A DNA stretch of 64,000 bases from the human T2T-CHM13v2.0 reference genome, Homo sapiens. Shown here in pieces: positions 44,151 to 61,923 of this stretch; within the stretch, counting starts at the first letter, position 1, and every line of letters starts with the position of its first letter. Both the position numbers and the translations under genes were made by a program. Location: NCBI RefSeq assembly GCF_009914755.1, contig NC_060927.1. One strand, 5' to 3'. Below the pieces are notes generated by a model, which ran no database searches, had not been told where the DNA came from, and saw only the letters and a program-made list of their open reading frames with translations.

Positions 44151-46844
44151 GTAAGTCATAAAATCTGTTGTTCTCTGCACTTTAAGAATATACTTGGTAT
44201 TACTAAAAAAAGGTTGATGAGCTAACATGGATACTTGGAAACCTCTTGTCTGTCTTCAAGGGCACTTCAGGGTCAGAAAGGAAAATATATAATGACGGAT
44301 GGTAGAAGGGAGGAAACCTCTGATTCCTACACATTTAGTTTTCTGGCTTATTTTTTTTTTATGCCTCTGGTTCCTATAGAGAAGCAATCATAACAAGCAG
44401 CTGTTCACACATCTGTCTTCATGGAGCAGTGCAGTCCGGGGGTGTGAAGTCATAGCCTGGACTTTAGCTACAAAGTAGAAATCCTTGCAGTGTAACCTTA
44501 GCACACTGCCCTTTGATGGAAAGTTTCATCTGTTAAGGCACCAAAAAAGAGAGCCAAAGAAAAATTAAACAGTTCTTGGCTTTGCTTTCACAAGTTCCTG
44601 AGGCAGAGTTTGAAGTGTTAGGAGATACCATTTTACCTGTCAGAATGAAAAATAGAGCCTTGCAAAACTTTCTTAGCCTTGTTAATGGCTCTTTTTATGA
44701 TGCCAGTAATTAGAGTAACTGGTGCCCATAAAAAAGAAACATGGGCTGCATTTCTTGGAGTAAGTTTGCCTTGAAAATATGCAATCCATTTTGAATGCAA
44801 CAGGGTGGATAAAAAGCTGTATCCTAATATGATTCTGAAGGGTGAAAAGCACTTGGTAGGACTTGCAAACGTTTTCATGGTAAATGATCCCTTGCAGTCC
44901 AGATACAGAAAAATGAACACACAGGCAAAAGAGTACCCGGTGTGGTTCAACTGAGGTCCTGATTGTGTCTCAAATGTGCCTCTGATATTACGTGGCAAGC
45001 CCAGTTAAAGCTGTAGAGACACAGACTTATCAGTCAGTGTAGGGTGAGGTCTAAGGAGCCTTGGAGATTGTTGTTGGGGCTGATAGTATATCCTCTATGA
45101 TTCAAACTGACTCTAGAACCAGTAGTACCAGTGTCACTTGGGAGCTTGTTAGAAATGTAGAATCTTAGGACCCAACCCAGTCATTCTGAACCAGAATCTG
45201 CATATTATAAAGATCCCCAGGTGACTCATATGTATATTATGGTTTGAGAAACACTTGGATGGGAACAATAAGCCCCCAGAATGAAATTTATGTGGATGTA
45301 TTCTGGAATAGAAGCCAGAAAGAAGAGCTGAGGAAAAAAAGGAAAAAAACGGGGATGGGGCCATTCTGAAGAAAGGAATCATAAGGCATTTGTAAGGGTA
45401 AAAAAAGTACATCTCTAAAGACTGATAACTTGTAAAGAAACTCTCATCAGGCAAGAAGTTGCAAGAAGTCTTATGATGGAATTTCCTTCCCCACTCCCCC
45501 AAAATTCTTGGTAGTGTTTCATGGGTTATTAGTCAAATTATATTATTAGATAAATGGCACCACCCCACCCCTCAACTGAGGAAAGGTAAAAAGATGTTTT
45601 AAGAAAAAAGTACTTAGGGTACATGAGAGATACATAAAGTGCTTTGGGAAAATTATAACCATGATGAAATTATACACCATTCTTCTAGAACTTAGATCTA
45701 TAAATCTTCAATCTTTAAAATGTAACTATAAAAGTACAAGTCAAGAAAGACTTTGCATAATCATGTTCAAGTCTACATGCTTAATTCCATAGCAGGCTCA
45801 CAGACTTGTACTAACGCATTCAACATTAACATATATTTACTGGGGAACTTCTCTGAGCCACTCACTGTTCTGATGCTGGGTATCAAGGAGTGACCAAAAC
45901 AGTCTTGGTTACTGACTGGTCTTCTGGTCTAGCTCCCTCGCTTTGTGGCTCTTATTTAAATATACTGTTATAATAGAGTTGACTATCAAGCACACTCCAC
46001 ATCAAAATCAACACATTTTCTAAGAGAAACAAAACTGCTGACAAACCATCTGATACTTAACACAGATAAAAAAATTAAAAATCAGGTGCACAATAACAGA
46101 AGCATCACACAGTCTTAGGCCATTCAGTCCAGAGCACACAGTCTTACTTAGAACAGCAGCTCTGGAGACAGTGTTGGGTCACGGTCCAGGACAAACTTGC
46201 TACTTATGATGACCCTGGGTGACCAGGAAGAGATCTAGTTGTGTTTAGCAAATCTATTTGATTTACTGCTTCAAAGAAATAGATAATACATTTTTAAGAA
46301 TTCCCATCAAAAATGGCTTTTAAATCTTTACATGGTATAAAAAGAGGCATGCTTCATTGTTATGAAAAATTAATACACTTCCAAATGAAATGAGCCACTA
46401 ATGAACTGAACCCAAGATGTTAGTGCTATTGTTGCTGTTGTTAGTGTTTCAAAGATCATAAAGAAAATGTCTTTTTTCCTTTGCATTTTGATATTTCAAA
46501 GGAGCAAATAAATAACTACTCTTGTTAGTTTATATCAATTAAAAGCCAGACCTATTAGGACTGGCTCATTGTTATCTCCTCTAATGGTTGACCCGCTTTA
46601 GCAGCTAAGAGGATCTTACTGAAAAGTTAGTTGAATTCACCTATAAATTCAGAAGGGATGTGTTTTCTAAAGTCAGTTTTAAAGATTCCCCTGAGAAATC
46701 TGCTTTCATTTCATGTGATCACCTTAGTTGGTATTTTTCTTGATGGCTATTTAAAACAGTAAAGTGGCACTTTGTGTACAGAGCAGATTGCAGTAATGTT
46801 AACAGTCATGAATACAAGACTTATCACAGACTTTTCTCTTCTAG

Positions 46845-46938
46845 GTGCAATCAACAAATATCCACCAATAAACTTAAAAATAAAGTGCAACAGACTTAAC
46901 TCTATAGATCCAAAGCAGCCCCCACGACCATTCCGAAG
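46845..46938 (+). CDS. COL6A6: Penultimate exon (AINKYPPINLKIKC...PRPFR)
   Basis: ttctag|GT...AG|gtactg; phases match both neighbours. Confidence 0.9.
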
Positions 46939-49066
46939 GTACTGTCTGTTTGGTGTTACTTGATAAATGAGAATGCCCCCTGCCTTTCTTCTATTTTCCT
47001 CCTCCTCCTTTTCTTGCTTTTCTTCCTCCTCCATCTTATTTGGACAAAAATCTATTGCTACATGATATTAAAATATAATTCGAAGGAACAAGAGATAACT
47101 TTTTAAAATGACCATGCTGATCTGAAAAACAAATTGCTTTTTTTTTTAATGGAAAAGCTAAGTGTTGAAATAAAACACCCAAATGGGACACCCCAGTGAC
47201 AATGAGCATGCCTGATAACCACATTGTGGTTTCTAAATACCTTTAAAAGGAACCAGGGTTTCTTAGAGAAAGTCCTAATTCTAGATTGCCCCAGGGAAGG
47301 TACAATATTAGCCTGGAGAAACTTGTTATGCCAGAAAGCAAGAAAATAATTAAAAACCAACAATGTCTTTTCAAAAGGACAAAGGAGTCATCTTGATGGG
47401 ATTCCCACTGGCCTAATTTTGAGTAAGTTGAACGTTAGAAAGTATAAAGATAATGAATTATAACACTTTGAATTTTTAAAATCCGCAAGTCTATATAGAG
47501 GACTTCCAAAAATGGAGGAAGAGAGAAAATGTTCTCTATACAAGAATGCTAGCTAATAAATGTAGAAGGAATGGTAGAATTAGAAAATCACCAGTTTGTG
47601 GTTCACAATGTAATAACAATGTTAATAACATATTACAATAACTGATGATTACAGGGTGCCAAAACCATCGCGTGACAGGTTGTTGGGGAACAGGCTGTTT
47701 AAATAGTCTCACAGAACCACTCACATGTTACTTATTAATTACAAACAGGAAAATGTGCCTTTACGTGGTGAGATCTGGCATTATGTGCCTCCTGAGGGGA
47801 TGCAGTGGGAGGTGCACAACGTCACCTAAATGAGCGTCTTGGTGGACCTCAGATAGGATGTTTAATCCAAGTCTAATAATGAGGAAACCAATGGACAATT
47901 CCAGAATCTAGAATGTTTTTCAGAACACCTTGCCTACATTGTTTATAGGATTCATATCATGAAGAATAGAGGGACATGGGGTACTGTTCTAGAATGGGAG
48001 ACAAATGAGACAAAATGGTCAAATGTAATTGTGTGAATCTTAATTCGATCCAAGATTGGAAAAAAGCTAATATAAATGATATTTGGGGAACAATAGGGAA
48101 AATTTGAGTATGAACAATATGTTGGATGATATTATTGAATTAATGTCAGTATCCTTGTATGTGGTAGTAGTATCATGTTTTTATAAGAGAATGTCTTTGT
48201 TGAGATAGGTATGCTGAAGTACTTAAGAGTAACATGTATGATGGCTGCACCCTACCTTCAGATGGTTTTCCTAAAGGGAAGTAGGATAGGGTGTGTGCGT
48301 GAATGAATATATGTGTACATTATATACATATATACATATAAAGAATAGCAAGATAGTAACAGTTGGAGAATATAGGTGAAAGATATACAGGTTATTTATG
48401 ATTCTGTTCATTCTAATTTTCTGTGAATTTCACAATTAAAACTTGTAAAACTTAGTGAAAGAGTAAACAGTAATAAATGTGTCTGAAGAGAAACATAATT
48501 ACAGAAAATGCTGAAATAGAATGCAGAGATGATCAAGAATTTTAGAGACAAAATGAAATGGGAAGATCTAACCTATATCTAATTGGAATTCTAGAAAGAT
48601 AAAATAGAAATAATGAGAGCCAATATTCAAAGACATAAAGAGATTATCATTTTCTAGAACTTATGAATGACATGAATTCACAGATGAAGAAAAAAGATAT
48701 AACAGGCAAGATAAATAGAAAGCAACAGTTGGACATAGTATGGGGAAATGCAGGACACCAAGACAAAAGCAGCCAAAAAGAAAGGGCAGATTATCTACAA
48801 ATAAATTGTAATTAGGCTGGTAGGTGATTTATCAATTGTAACAGTGGAAACCACAAAACTATTGAATAACTTTAGTGGAAGAAAATTTTGTCAACTTAGA
48901 AAAACTGTCTTAAGACAATTTAGACTTAAACAATAGTTTACTACAAAAAAGTCTTTATTAAAGAAACTTCTACAGTATGTACTTCAAGAAAAATAAAAAA
49001 TAACCACAGAAGAAGGGAATGAGATGCAAGAGGCAATAGTAAGTGATAAAGTTTATCAGTATTTAG

Positions 49067-49396
<330 letters not shown>

Positions 49397-49972
49397 TAAG
49401 TAATATATATTAACTTGTGGGATTATAAAAAAGCTGTACTTGTTAACAAAGCTATGAAAATAAAACATTTCACCTGGTGGTTTTAACAGAAAAAGTTCTA
49501 AGACTATAAATATTAATAAATGTTTTTGATTTATTTAAATATGAGAAAAGACATCAACAAAAATAATCTTGTATTATTAAAAAATGAAGCCTTGGACTTT
49601 AAGGAAAGCAAGGTGGTACTAAAAAGAGGGTAATAATAATGTAAGTCACAGGGAGATAGATGGAGTTAAAAGATTCTAGGAGCTTGTATCATTTGGGCCG
49701 GGGATTAGGCTATTGAAAAACTTGAGATGCTTAAAAAATGCATAACAAATTTTAAGGGCACACATGAAAAAGAAAAATATAAATTAGCTAACTACCAAAA
49801 ATCTAGTGAGGGAAAATAGGATAAAAAAACAACAATGTAATAATTATTTTTTAAAAATAAAAAGCCAAGAAAGTTTCTTTAAAAAGGCCAAAAAAAAAGA
49901 CAAGCAGAAGGCACAAAGACAGCAGAATCAAGTCAATTTAAATATATGAGTAATCACAAAAAAAACAGATTA

Positions 49973-50349
<377 letters not shown>

Positions 50350-50954
50350 TCAAGACACACATCCACAATATAAGGAAATGGAGAGGCAGAAAGTAAAATG
50401 ATGGAAAAAACATACCAGGCAAATATATCAAAAATAAAGGTAGAATAGCTATATTTATATCAGATAATATATACTTTTAAATCATTTTGTAGAGATAAAG
50501 AGGATGACTACATGATGACAAAGTGTTCAATTTATGAGGAAGATAAAACAATTTTAAATTGATGAGGGTCGTAAAACCTTAAAATAGACAAAAGAGAAAC
50601 TGAAAAACCATAAGGAGAAATTGTCATTGAACCATCAAAATTCGAGATTTCAGTATACTAGTTTGAATATTGATAGGTCAAACAGACAAAAATTAGTAAT
50701 GATATAAAAGATGTAAACATAAGTAACAAATGATTTAATAGATACATGCAGAACCCTGGACAGAAAAATTAGACATTCTTCTGAAGAACATATGGAATAT
50801 TAACAACTGTTAAATCAAGGTGGAGTGTTTATAAGTGTTCCTTGTGCAACTTCTAACTTATAAAGCAAGTGTCAACAAATCTCTGAGAACTGGTGTCATA
50901 CAATCCACATTGTCTGACCACAATGCAATTAAGTTAGAAATTAATAATATTTTA

Positions 50955-51344
<390 letters not shown>

Positions 51345-52603
51345 TTAGAACTGTGTAACAATCAAAATGCTATATGTCAAAACTTGTAGGATGCACCAGA
51401 AGTCATGATTTAGGAAATTTTATCTTAATTCTCATGTGAGAAAAGTTATTTAAATTCAAGAAGCTAATGAGCTAAGCGTTGATCTGAAGATGTTATATAT
51501 TTGAAAAAACAGACTATGTTCAAAGAAATGAATGAGTAGAACTTAATATTTTTTAAAAATTAAGATAGTATCAACAAAGGCAAAAGTCAGTTCTTTCAAA
51601 ACTTAAGAATGTGCATATATATTGTATCTTTAGCACGTATGAATATTACTTTTTAAAAATTAGAAATAAGTGAAATCAAATGGGAGTGTCTCTATTTCTG
51701 TGGTAAATTATTCTGTACAAACACACATATACATTACCCAGCCACCAACCACAATCAAATGTGCACCAGCACCTGGAACCCACACTTAGGCAAATACCTT
51801 TGGCGATGTGCCTACTTTTATTGTGTGATGTGTGCATTTCTGCATGGTGATCAAGGCCAGGGAGGCACTCCTAATGCAGTAGCCCCAGCTCTGTCACCTC
51901 TGAGAAGCCTCCACCTGGAATCTCTTGCTTACCTTGACAGGTGAGCTGTCCAGGGAAACTGTCCAGCAGCAAATAATTCCTGAAGTCAAGCCTAAAACAG
52001 GCCTGTGAATTAAGTCCAAGGAGAGCAGGGCTCCCCGTGCTGCAGGTGTCTGGCAGCTTGGAAAAGGGACATAGACAAGATGCCGTGCATGTGACTCTTG
52101 CCGAGGACAGTATCTTTGGCATGGAGGGTACATTAAAGCTGGTGTTAAAGCAGTGTTTTCACCAAGTCAGGCTAAGTGCTACAAGCTGGTTAGCTTGCAC
52201 AGGGCCTGGGTGCTCAGTAGGGCACAGCACTTGGGGTTTAGTGCTCTACAGTCACTATTAGTGTTATTTTTGAATTTGAGTTTTATAGTGAAGTCCAATG
52301 GGATAATAAAGCACGTGTTGGGGAGTCGGAACCTAGAGACTTGGTTCACTTGCCAGTCAACCTCCCTCCACTTCCCCAGGACTGGTTCTCATAGACCACT
52401 GTGTACCTCCCAGTTCCCTGGGGTTCCCCCACCCCACCTACCCTAGACTGGGAGGCTTAGGGTCAGTTATGCTCCCACAGTCTTGGGACAGGGAAGGCAG
52501 CGGCCATCCACCCCAAGCTGGCAGTGCCACGCTGCATTTATCTTTTGCCCACCTACATCGAGGCACCCAGCATGTCCCAGCAAAGAGGCTGCAACACTCT
52601 AGA

Positions 52604-52822
52604 GCAAGTCTGTCCAATCTGTGGCCTACAGGCTGCATGAGGCTCAGGACAGCTTTGAATGTGGCCCAACACAAATTTGCAAACTTTCTTAAAACATGAG
52701 ATTTTGGTGTGATTTTTTGTTTCAAGCTCATCAGCTATCGTTAGCGTTGGTATATTTTATGTGTGGCCCAAGACAATTCTTCCAGTGTCGCCCAGGGAAG
52801 TCAAGAGACTGGACACCCCTCT
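52604..52822 (-). mobile_element. MER30 MITE
   Basis: gctcatcagctatcgttag...ttttatgtgtggcccaagacaattctt...ggacacccct. Confidence 0.7.
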
Positions 52823-54238
52823 GCTGTAGGTTGGGATGGCCAGCCAAGGGAAGAGGGGAGATGCCTGGCTTGACTTCTGGCTGTTGGGAAAAGGAACTCA
52901 ACAGCTGGCCACACACCAAGTAAAGGGGATGGGGAAAGCTTATTGAATGACAAATAGAAACCTCCATGGCAGATGGAGAGATCGCAGAAGGAAGAAAGCT
53001 TTTTTCCCTGCTTTTAGACTTAAGGGCCTGAATTTGCATTTTGCCGTCGGCTCTCCACATATGTAGCCAGCCATGAATGCTGCAAGGACACATGTGGGAG
53101 CCAACCTATGCAATTAAAAGGCATTTTTGAAAACCACTCCTACCATGCTTTATGTTTGCAGAGAAATATGAGTGGGAAGAGGGGATCCACAGTGCTTTTG
53201 GACAGGAAGTTTCTTCCTCTTTCGTCACACTGCCCCAGATTCACTGGATGCTCAGCTTCTCCTATGTATTTGAAATGGTGAAATGTCAGCAAATGGCTGG
53301 GGCATCAAGGAATTGAGACATGAAATCCATACCACTGTCTGTGCATTCGCCAGCCATTCTATAAGTGATCAAAGACTCTAATCAAAAGTTATGAGCCACA
53401 CAGCTGCTTCTGAAACTCCTTACCTGAGCCATTCAAGAGAGGTGAGGCACAATTGAACACACAGGATTGAGGGAGATGAGAATACCTGCTAGGAAAGAGG
53501 TCTGGATATAAAGATGACTCATCAGGTCTTTAGAATGACTTGCATAGGAATTAGGTCATTCTGTGAGATTATGAGAAATACATGTAGAAGCTGGTGCTTA
53601 TCAGATAGAAAAGGAAGGAGCTGAATCAAACCACAAGCTACCAAGGAGACAGGTGGCCCATGAGGATGAGAGAGCAGGGCACCCTCTTTATATAAGCACT
53701 TAGATCTACTCAGAAACAATAAAGGCAGAAAGCCACCTGTTTATTGCTTCATCCAGCCAGGGAAGAACCTGTGCCAGACTTTAAAGCAGTGATAGGCCAG
53801 AGCCAGAACAATTGAATTGTAAAAATGGACATAATCACTAATGCCATATGAATAATGCATCTGTTATAATTCTGCTTTCCAAAGTACGTTTTCTGGGCAC
53901 ACCAAATGTAAAAGAATTCTGGAAATAGAAGCAATCTTGTCTGCATTTTCTATTTCAGTGCATCCAGTCAACTAATAGATGTAGCATGGCTGACTCTTGA
54001 ATATCTGCATAGATGGAGGAATCTGATCACAGAGAACTACAATTAGTCCCACCTAACCTTATCTAGAATTTGTCACATCCATCTTTCCACAAACTTTACT
54101 GGAGCTGAGCACAAGTTGCAAAATAGACGATTTCATTCTTTGTCTTGACAAGCTATTGGAGTTACCAATCAGCAAAGAATTATTTGAACAATATATAGTA
54201 GGATAAAGAGAAACAAAGTCTTACAATTCTCAAATTGA

Positions 54239-54545
<307 letters not shown>

Positions 54546-54571
54546 CAAATGATTTTTATTAAGTGATTATT

Positions 54572-55134
<563 letters not shown>

Positions 55135-55512
55135 TTAATGTTCAACCTTTTGAGAATAAAAATATTTGAGAGGGGAAAAAATATAGCAATATCATGCTAT
55201 ATAAGCACTTACTAATTTAACAATTTTTTCGTAACAAAGATGGGAAGAAAGGTAACAGTAACTAAACCTGCCATAAAAGAAAACAAAGGACCTAACGGAA
55301 AAGGCGGGGAGGTGGGGAGAGGTGCGGGGTAGGGGGACGCAGCGTGAAGGGGCTAGGGAAGAGTCCAGTAAAGGTAAGACCATGAAAACAGCGTGCTTCA
55401 GACTCAAAAGAATGCCCTTCCCATATCAGTGGAGCCAATGTTCTATGCATACAATCGTCACTTTGGGGAATTTGAGTTTATAATGTTCACTCTGCAAGAT
55501 AATAAGGAAATG

Positions 55513-55821
<309 letters not shown>

Positions 55822-57043
55822 CTAGGGGACTTCAGTTGTTGCTCACAACAACAGAAGTTATTTTTCATTCCCATTTTACACCTGAAGAAACAAGGGTCAC
55901 TCTAGTTAAATGATTTGCCCAAAGCTGCTCGGCTAGGGGCTAGAATATTAAAATGTGAAGAATGTGTTTGAACCCAAAACTCTTTCCACAACATCCCTGT
56001 AAAATACGATTGTCTGAAATGGCTCCTTTTTTGTACTGGCCAATACAGTAGCCACCAGCTATATGTGGTTAATTAAAATTAAATTTCAGTTCCTCAGTCA
56101 CACTACATTTCAAGTGCTCAAAAGCCTCATGTGGCTCATGGCTGCCATATAGGTAGTACAGATTCTAGGACACTTCTGTCAGCAGAGGTTTTTTCAGACA
56201 GGCTCTAAGTTCTACTTAGCACTTGGCTTCTATGATTCCCTGATTTCTCAACCTGTCCTGCAAGCCCTTCCAGAGTCTGACTCCAGCTCCTCTTTACTGT
56301 TGGGTTACTCATGATTCCCAGCCAGGCTCTTTCTGTGCCTGCCAGACTGGGCTCTATTTCTATGTCCCCCATTGTACCTAACACCGTGCCTTCTATTAAG
56401 CAGATAGTAAACATATGGATGGATGGACCTATGGAAGAAAGGAAGAGATGAAATAAGGGAATGGCATACATTCATGCTTTCATTAGACAAATACTTATTG
56501 AGTGACTGCTATGTGTTAAGCACTTTTAGGTTCCTGGGATTACTATAGTGAACAGACAAGATCTCATGAACCTTCTGTCTGGTTGGGTGGAAAAGTGAGG
56601 AACAGATCATAAGGAAGTTTACAGGTAAATAAAAGTTCAGATAGTGCCAAGTGTTATAAAGAAAATAGCATGATGTGCTGAGGGACTGTAAGTAGGAGTG
56701 GATCTGGGAAAACTATAGATATGGTGGTCTGTGATGAGGTACCATTTGAACCCAAATCTAAACAATCAGAAGAACCAACCATAGGTAGAAATGAGTGGTA
56801 CATATTCCATGAAGAAACTTTGCTGCTGAAGTAATACTTTTGCATACTTTGATGAGATGTATCATTTGTCAGCTTCTGATATATGAGCCAGTTTAAGTAC
56901 CCAGTTTAATTTTAAAATTACCCTGGAGGAAGGCTGCAACAAGGAAATGGGTGAAACAATTAATTTACTATGACAGATTAATATGTAGTCTATTAAAGTT
57001 GAAATGGCATTTATCTTCTATGATGTTCTCTTTTGTTGTATAG

Positions 57044-57239
57044 CTTTGTTCCTGGACCACTTAAAGCTACCCTCAAAGAAGATGTATTACAGAAGGCAAA
57101 ATTCTTTCAAGATAAAAAATATCTTTCAAGAGTAGCAAGAAGTGGCAGAGATGATGCTATTCAAAATTTTATGAGAAGCACCTCCCATACCTTTAAGAAT
57201 GGAAGGATGATAGAAAGTGCTCCCAAACAACATGATTAA
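57044..57239 (+). CDS. COL6A6: Last coding exon (SFVPGPLKATL...ESAPKQHD*)
   Basis: gtatag|C TTT; phase 2 continues the previous exon; TAA at 57237-57239. Confidence 0.9.
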
Positions 57240-58756
57240 AAAAATGCTTGAACAACTTAGCCTTAGGAAGCATGGTAAGACTCTGGACTTAAATAGTAAC
57301 TAAATCTGCTGCCAGAACTCAAGCAACAGTTTGTAGGTTATCAGGTGACTTGACCCCCTGCATTCATTGGTATTAAGATATATCTTGTTCATTTATTTGA
57401 CCACTCCTGACAATTCCAGCACTCTACGACTGATATGTCGAAGAACTGTTTCATTAGAAGACAGAAGAATGAAAGAAGTGTTTTGAAAAGTCTAATGGAG
57501 ATATAATTTGAAGGTAAAATTTATATGATGTATGCATATGTGTACATGGGTCAATGTTAATTCTTTTATCTCTGTCCAGTTCATTTTCTGCAAACCCATC
57601 CTCCTTTCCTAATTTAGTAATGTCTAATGCTCATCTATTTAGTCAAAGTTATTTTTTAATGTTTTAAGCTACTCCAAAATTTATCCTAGAAATGGATGCT
57701 GTTTATATGTCGTATTTTTTTAAAACGTGACCTTCTATTCCACTTAAACACACCACTGTGGGAGTTGTTTGCTTGGACTGATGAGAAGAGGGTAATTTTC
57801 TCCATCTCTAAATCCTCCTGAACTCACTGAAAAACTCATTAATTCCCGCAGAACATAAATTATTGCTTTTGAGCTGGAAGTTTTCTCTTCATTAGGAAGC
57901 TTACTGCCATTTTGATGGAGCTTGAAGCCCCCATTTTGATGGACTTCTAGTCTGTCTTTCCTGTTATGGTCATTTATTAATTTTCACTAATCCATATATT
58001 CTTTAGACAAGGAGAGTCAAGAAACTACTTGTCATAGATGAAGCTCTGAGTTACTTTTACCCATCAGGTAGCTGTTTAGTCAATAATAAACAGCACCAAA
58101 ACAGGATTAGCAGAGCTCTTAAAAACAGCCTTAAATACACACTGAGTTTAGAAAAATGTAAGAAAATCATTGTTTTAATCTACAAATTCATATGCAGTTG
58201 CAGAGATGCAAAAGAGATCAGAGTAAGTTAAAGTAGGAAAGGTTTTATAAAAGTATTGATGGCTGTGTCCTCATCTGCATTTTTGTTTTTATGATAGGGC
58301 TGATATTTTCAACAACGAAACACCCAATGTTCAGACCTTACCTCAGTCTAAGAGCTGGCTCCACAGTTGGTAGCAATGGCCCTGTTAGGCAGACTGTCCC
58401 CCTCTTTGGGAATGGAAAGAAGCCCTGCCTGGATGCATGGAGCAGATGGATACTGACACCAAGGACATTCAGATTTTCTTTCCTATACCTATTTTCATAA
58501 AATTTGGAAAGAAAAACTATCTGCAGTATTTTTTTAAAACGACTTCTGCTATTCTTACTTAGAGAAATCCAGTGATAGCACCTCATGTCTTCAGAGGAGC
58601 AAGAAGTTCAAGGAGTTAAATGTCACATTCATACTCAGGTAATAGAGAAGAATAAAACACATCAGGTTTGCTTCATCTATCCTAAGTGGTGCTTAGGGGT
58701 TCAGAAAAAATGTTTCAAGTACAGGAAATTAATGAGCAATATTTACAATGTATTTT

Positions 58757-58762
58757 AATAAA
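58757..58762 (+). terminator. Candidate COL6A6 polyadenylation signal (others at 58085, 58651, 59070)
   Basis: AATAAA with upstream TGTA and downstream T-rich sequence; the site actually used cannot be determined from sequence. Confidence 0.45.
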
Positions 58763-59724
58763 AGGGATTTTTCTAGTTAACTCTGAGTTAAGCACGAACT
58801 CCTTTCTTTTGTTAATTGTTGGAAATACCATTAAGATGTATTTGTCTGTTTTTCTGCATTGGCAAGTAAAGAACATAAAACAAATATTCCCTTGGTGACA
58901 GATTATTTTTAGTATTTTGGGCCATCTTTTGAATCACTAATAGGTGAGAGCTCTAAAGCATGCTGCAAATAGAAGTTCCTTTTTAAAAATCCCTAATATT
59001 AGTATTTTCCCTGATTTACCTCTTTCTCCTAAAAGTGGAAACAGCAAAAATTAAGTTGAATATAAATTTAATAAAGCTATATTTAACCCAAGAATCACAC
59101 AAGCCAGGATGCTTCTTGGTTTAAAAATGTGAATTAATCGACTGTAAAGGAACTGCCTCCCATTATCTCTGCACTGAGCTATGAATCAAACTTTTTTTTT
59201 TTAAGTAGAGGTCAAAAGGAGATGCAACTTAACACGGCATCAGATTGTAATACTTAGAATTCAACCAAATAACTTTTTTTTAAAACTGGGGCTTTTCTGT
59301 GGGGCAAGGGGACAGAGAAGAATGGGTGGTAGCAGGAGATAAGGGGAGAAAAGGATCATATCTCTGTCAGCCCACTCCATTTTTTTTTCTTAGCACTTCC
59401 CATATTTATCAGTCTTACAGCTTATCTATCTAATGGCTCCAGGCTGAAGTCCAATCTCAGCATTACAGTTTATATAGCAAAAAAAATTTTCCCCAACCCC
59501 CTTGGAGACTCTAAATCTGACTTAGTAGCTAGAAACCCTGTAAATATGGTCTTAGCAGACATTAAGGGAAACAAAGCCAAGGCAACATGACAATGCCAAA
59601 TTTGCAATTTCTACCAATCCACTAAGCTATCAGGCCTAGTTAGTCCATCATTCCTAACTTTGACATTTCTGAACGACTGGCATTTTCTGACAGTTTTGTT
59701 GTTTACCTGTCTAAAAACTAAGTA

Positions 59725-60057
59725 CAGTTGGCTCTGTATCTGTGGGTGTTCCACATCCATGAATTCAACCGTGGATAAAAAATATTCAGAAAAAGAAGGA
59801 TGGTTGTGTCTGTACTGAACATGTACAGACATTTTTCTTTTCATTCTCTAAACAATAGAGTATAACAACTATTTAGCATTTACAGTGTATTATGTATCGC
59901 AAGTGACCTAGAAATAATTTGAAGTATATGAGAAGATGTGTGTAGATTATATGCAAATACAACGTCATTTTATGTAAGAGACTAGAGCATCTGTGGGTTT
60001 TGTTATCCTTGGGAGGTCCTGGAACCAATGCCCCAGAGATACCTAGGGATGATTGTA
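59725..60057. mobile_element. MER2/Tigger-derived MITE
   Basis: TA-flanked cagttggc...; gtctgtactgaacatgtacagac palindromic core. Confidence 0.7.
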
Positions 60058-60802
60058 TTGAATCATGAAACTAGATATATGCTTCGTAAACTATATGTAC
60101 TGTAACTTAATCATATAATTATAAAAATATAGAAAATTCTTACAGTATTTCTAAGCAAGTAGGCTTTTCCCTTGGCTGAGATTTTTACAGACTCATGTAA
60201 CTAATTTTAAACTAAAATATTCTGAATACCATAAATCCTTCTGCAAGTGGATATGAATTAAATACGGAGTCTGTATGCAAATAGTAATCCATAACCTTGA
60301 AGGGTTTTATCTTAGTGGAAAAGACCAATTTTGGCCTTTTAAAAATGTATATTTTTGGTGTACTTTTTTCTTTTTCATGCATTCAATAGTCTATACTGGA
60401 TAAAAGCAACCTGTTGGGCCAAGTGTCAGAATTTATGGTACAGCCCATAAAAAATAATGATGGCCAAGAGGAGGCACACTTGTATAACTAATATGCAGGA
60501 AATCAATTCTACAGTGTTAAATAAATAACTAATAAGACAGACTGTAAAACACACAGGAAATATTAGAGCAGAAAGAGCACAATATTTAGAGTCCAGAGAT
60601 TTGGACCTAACACCTGGTTCTGTCACTGATTCCTTGTGACATGGACTCCATTTCTTCACCTTAGAACAAATGCTGCTGGAGAGATTATTCCTCTGCTTAA
60701 TGGAGGGATTATTCCTCTGCTTAAATTTACCATTTAAAAATACCACCAAAACCACAAACTCTTAGGATGCATGAATACAGTTTAACTGCTTTGAATAGCA
60801 TT

Positions 60803-60808
60803 TTTAAT
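60803..60808 (-). terminator. Candidate PIK3R4 polyadenylation signal (ATTAAA on minus)
   Basis: tttaat on plus, ~350 nt past the PIK3R4 stop. Confidence 0.4.
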
Positions 60809-61156
60809 AGCAAAAATGTGTTTATACTATAATAGCTTACAACCATCTTTTCAACCATCTTTTTCAATACAAAATAAACATATTCATTTTCATATTTTAC
60901 ATTTCTCACCTCTATAACATATACAATAAAAATCCCAGACATTGTTGGCTGGCTGATTCTTGCAAAGAGATGCATAAGTAAACTAGTCAAGTACATCTTA
61001 ACCATTTTGGGTGTCATTTAGTCAGTCAGTCATGAAACAGTAATATGGAGACATAATTTTGAAAATTAAGCAAATGAATCTGTTCTCTAGAAATGCCTTT
61101 TCTCGAGTTATAGTATTATATTTATAACTATTAAAATTTATACAAATCAGTAGGTT

Positions 61157-61360
<204 letters not shown>

Positions 61361-61637
61361 TTAAAAGTCTGTACCACATTTTTCCTCTCGTCAGTAGTCC
61401 TGCTTCTGAGATACTGTTGTTGTATTTAAGTTAACACCTTTTGTAGTCATGCTTTCACGAATACATTGAGCAAAAGGAGTAGAGGAGCCAAAATGACATT
61501 CTAGGGTCCTAGTCATTGGATTTCATGAGTAGCCACTTATAACTATGGAAAACTTATCTTAGGTCAATATTCTGTGCATATTAACTTTTGCCAACATCAA
61601 AAGAAAAAAGGGATAGAATATAATTAAAAGATGTATA

Positions 61638-61923
61638 GGCCAGGCGCGGTGGGTCACGCCTATAATCCCAGCACTTTGGGAGGCCAAGGCGGGTGGATCA
61701 CAAGGTCAGGAGATCAAGACCATCCTGGCCAACATGGTGAAACCCCGTCTCTACTAAAAATACAAAAATTAGCAGGGTGTGGTGGCGTGCACCTGTAGTC
61801 CCAGCTCCTCAGGAGGCTGAGGCAGGAGAATCGCTTAACCTGGGAGGCAGAGGATGCAGTGAGCAGAGATCGTGCCACTGCACTCCAGCAAGACTCCATC
61901 TCAAAAAAAAAAAAAAAAAAAAA
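61638..61923 (+). mobile_element. AluSc-like in the last PIK3R4 intron (antisense to the gene)
   Basis: Dimer with short deletion cactccagc^aagact; TSD aaagaKgtata. Confidence 0.88.

Noticed and set aside
60677-60724. ~24-bp tandem duplication (ggaRRgattattcc(c)tctgcttaa x2), and a similar one at 23698-23743
   Set aside because: Ordinary slippage duplications with no further structure.
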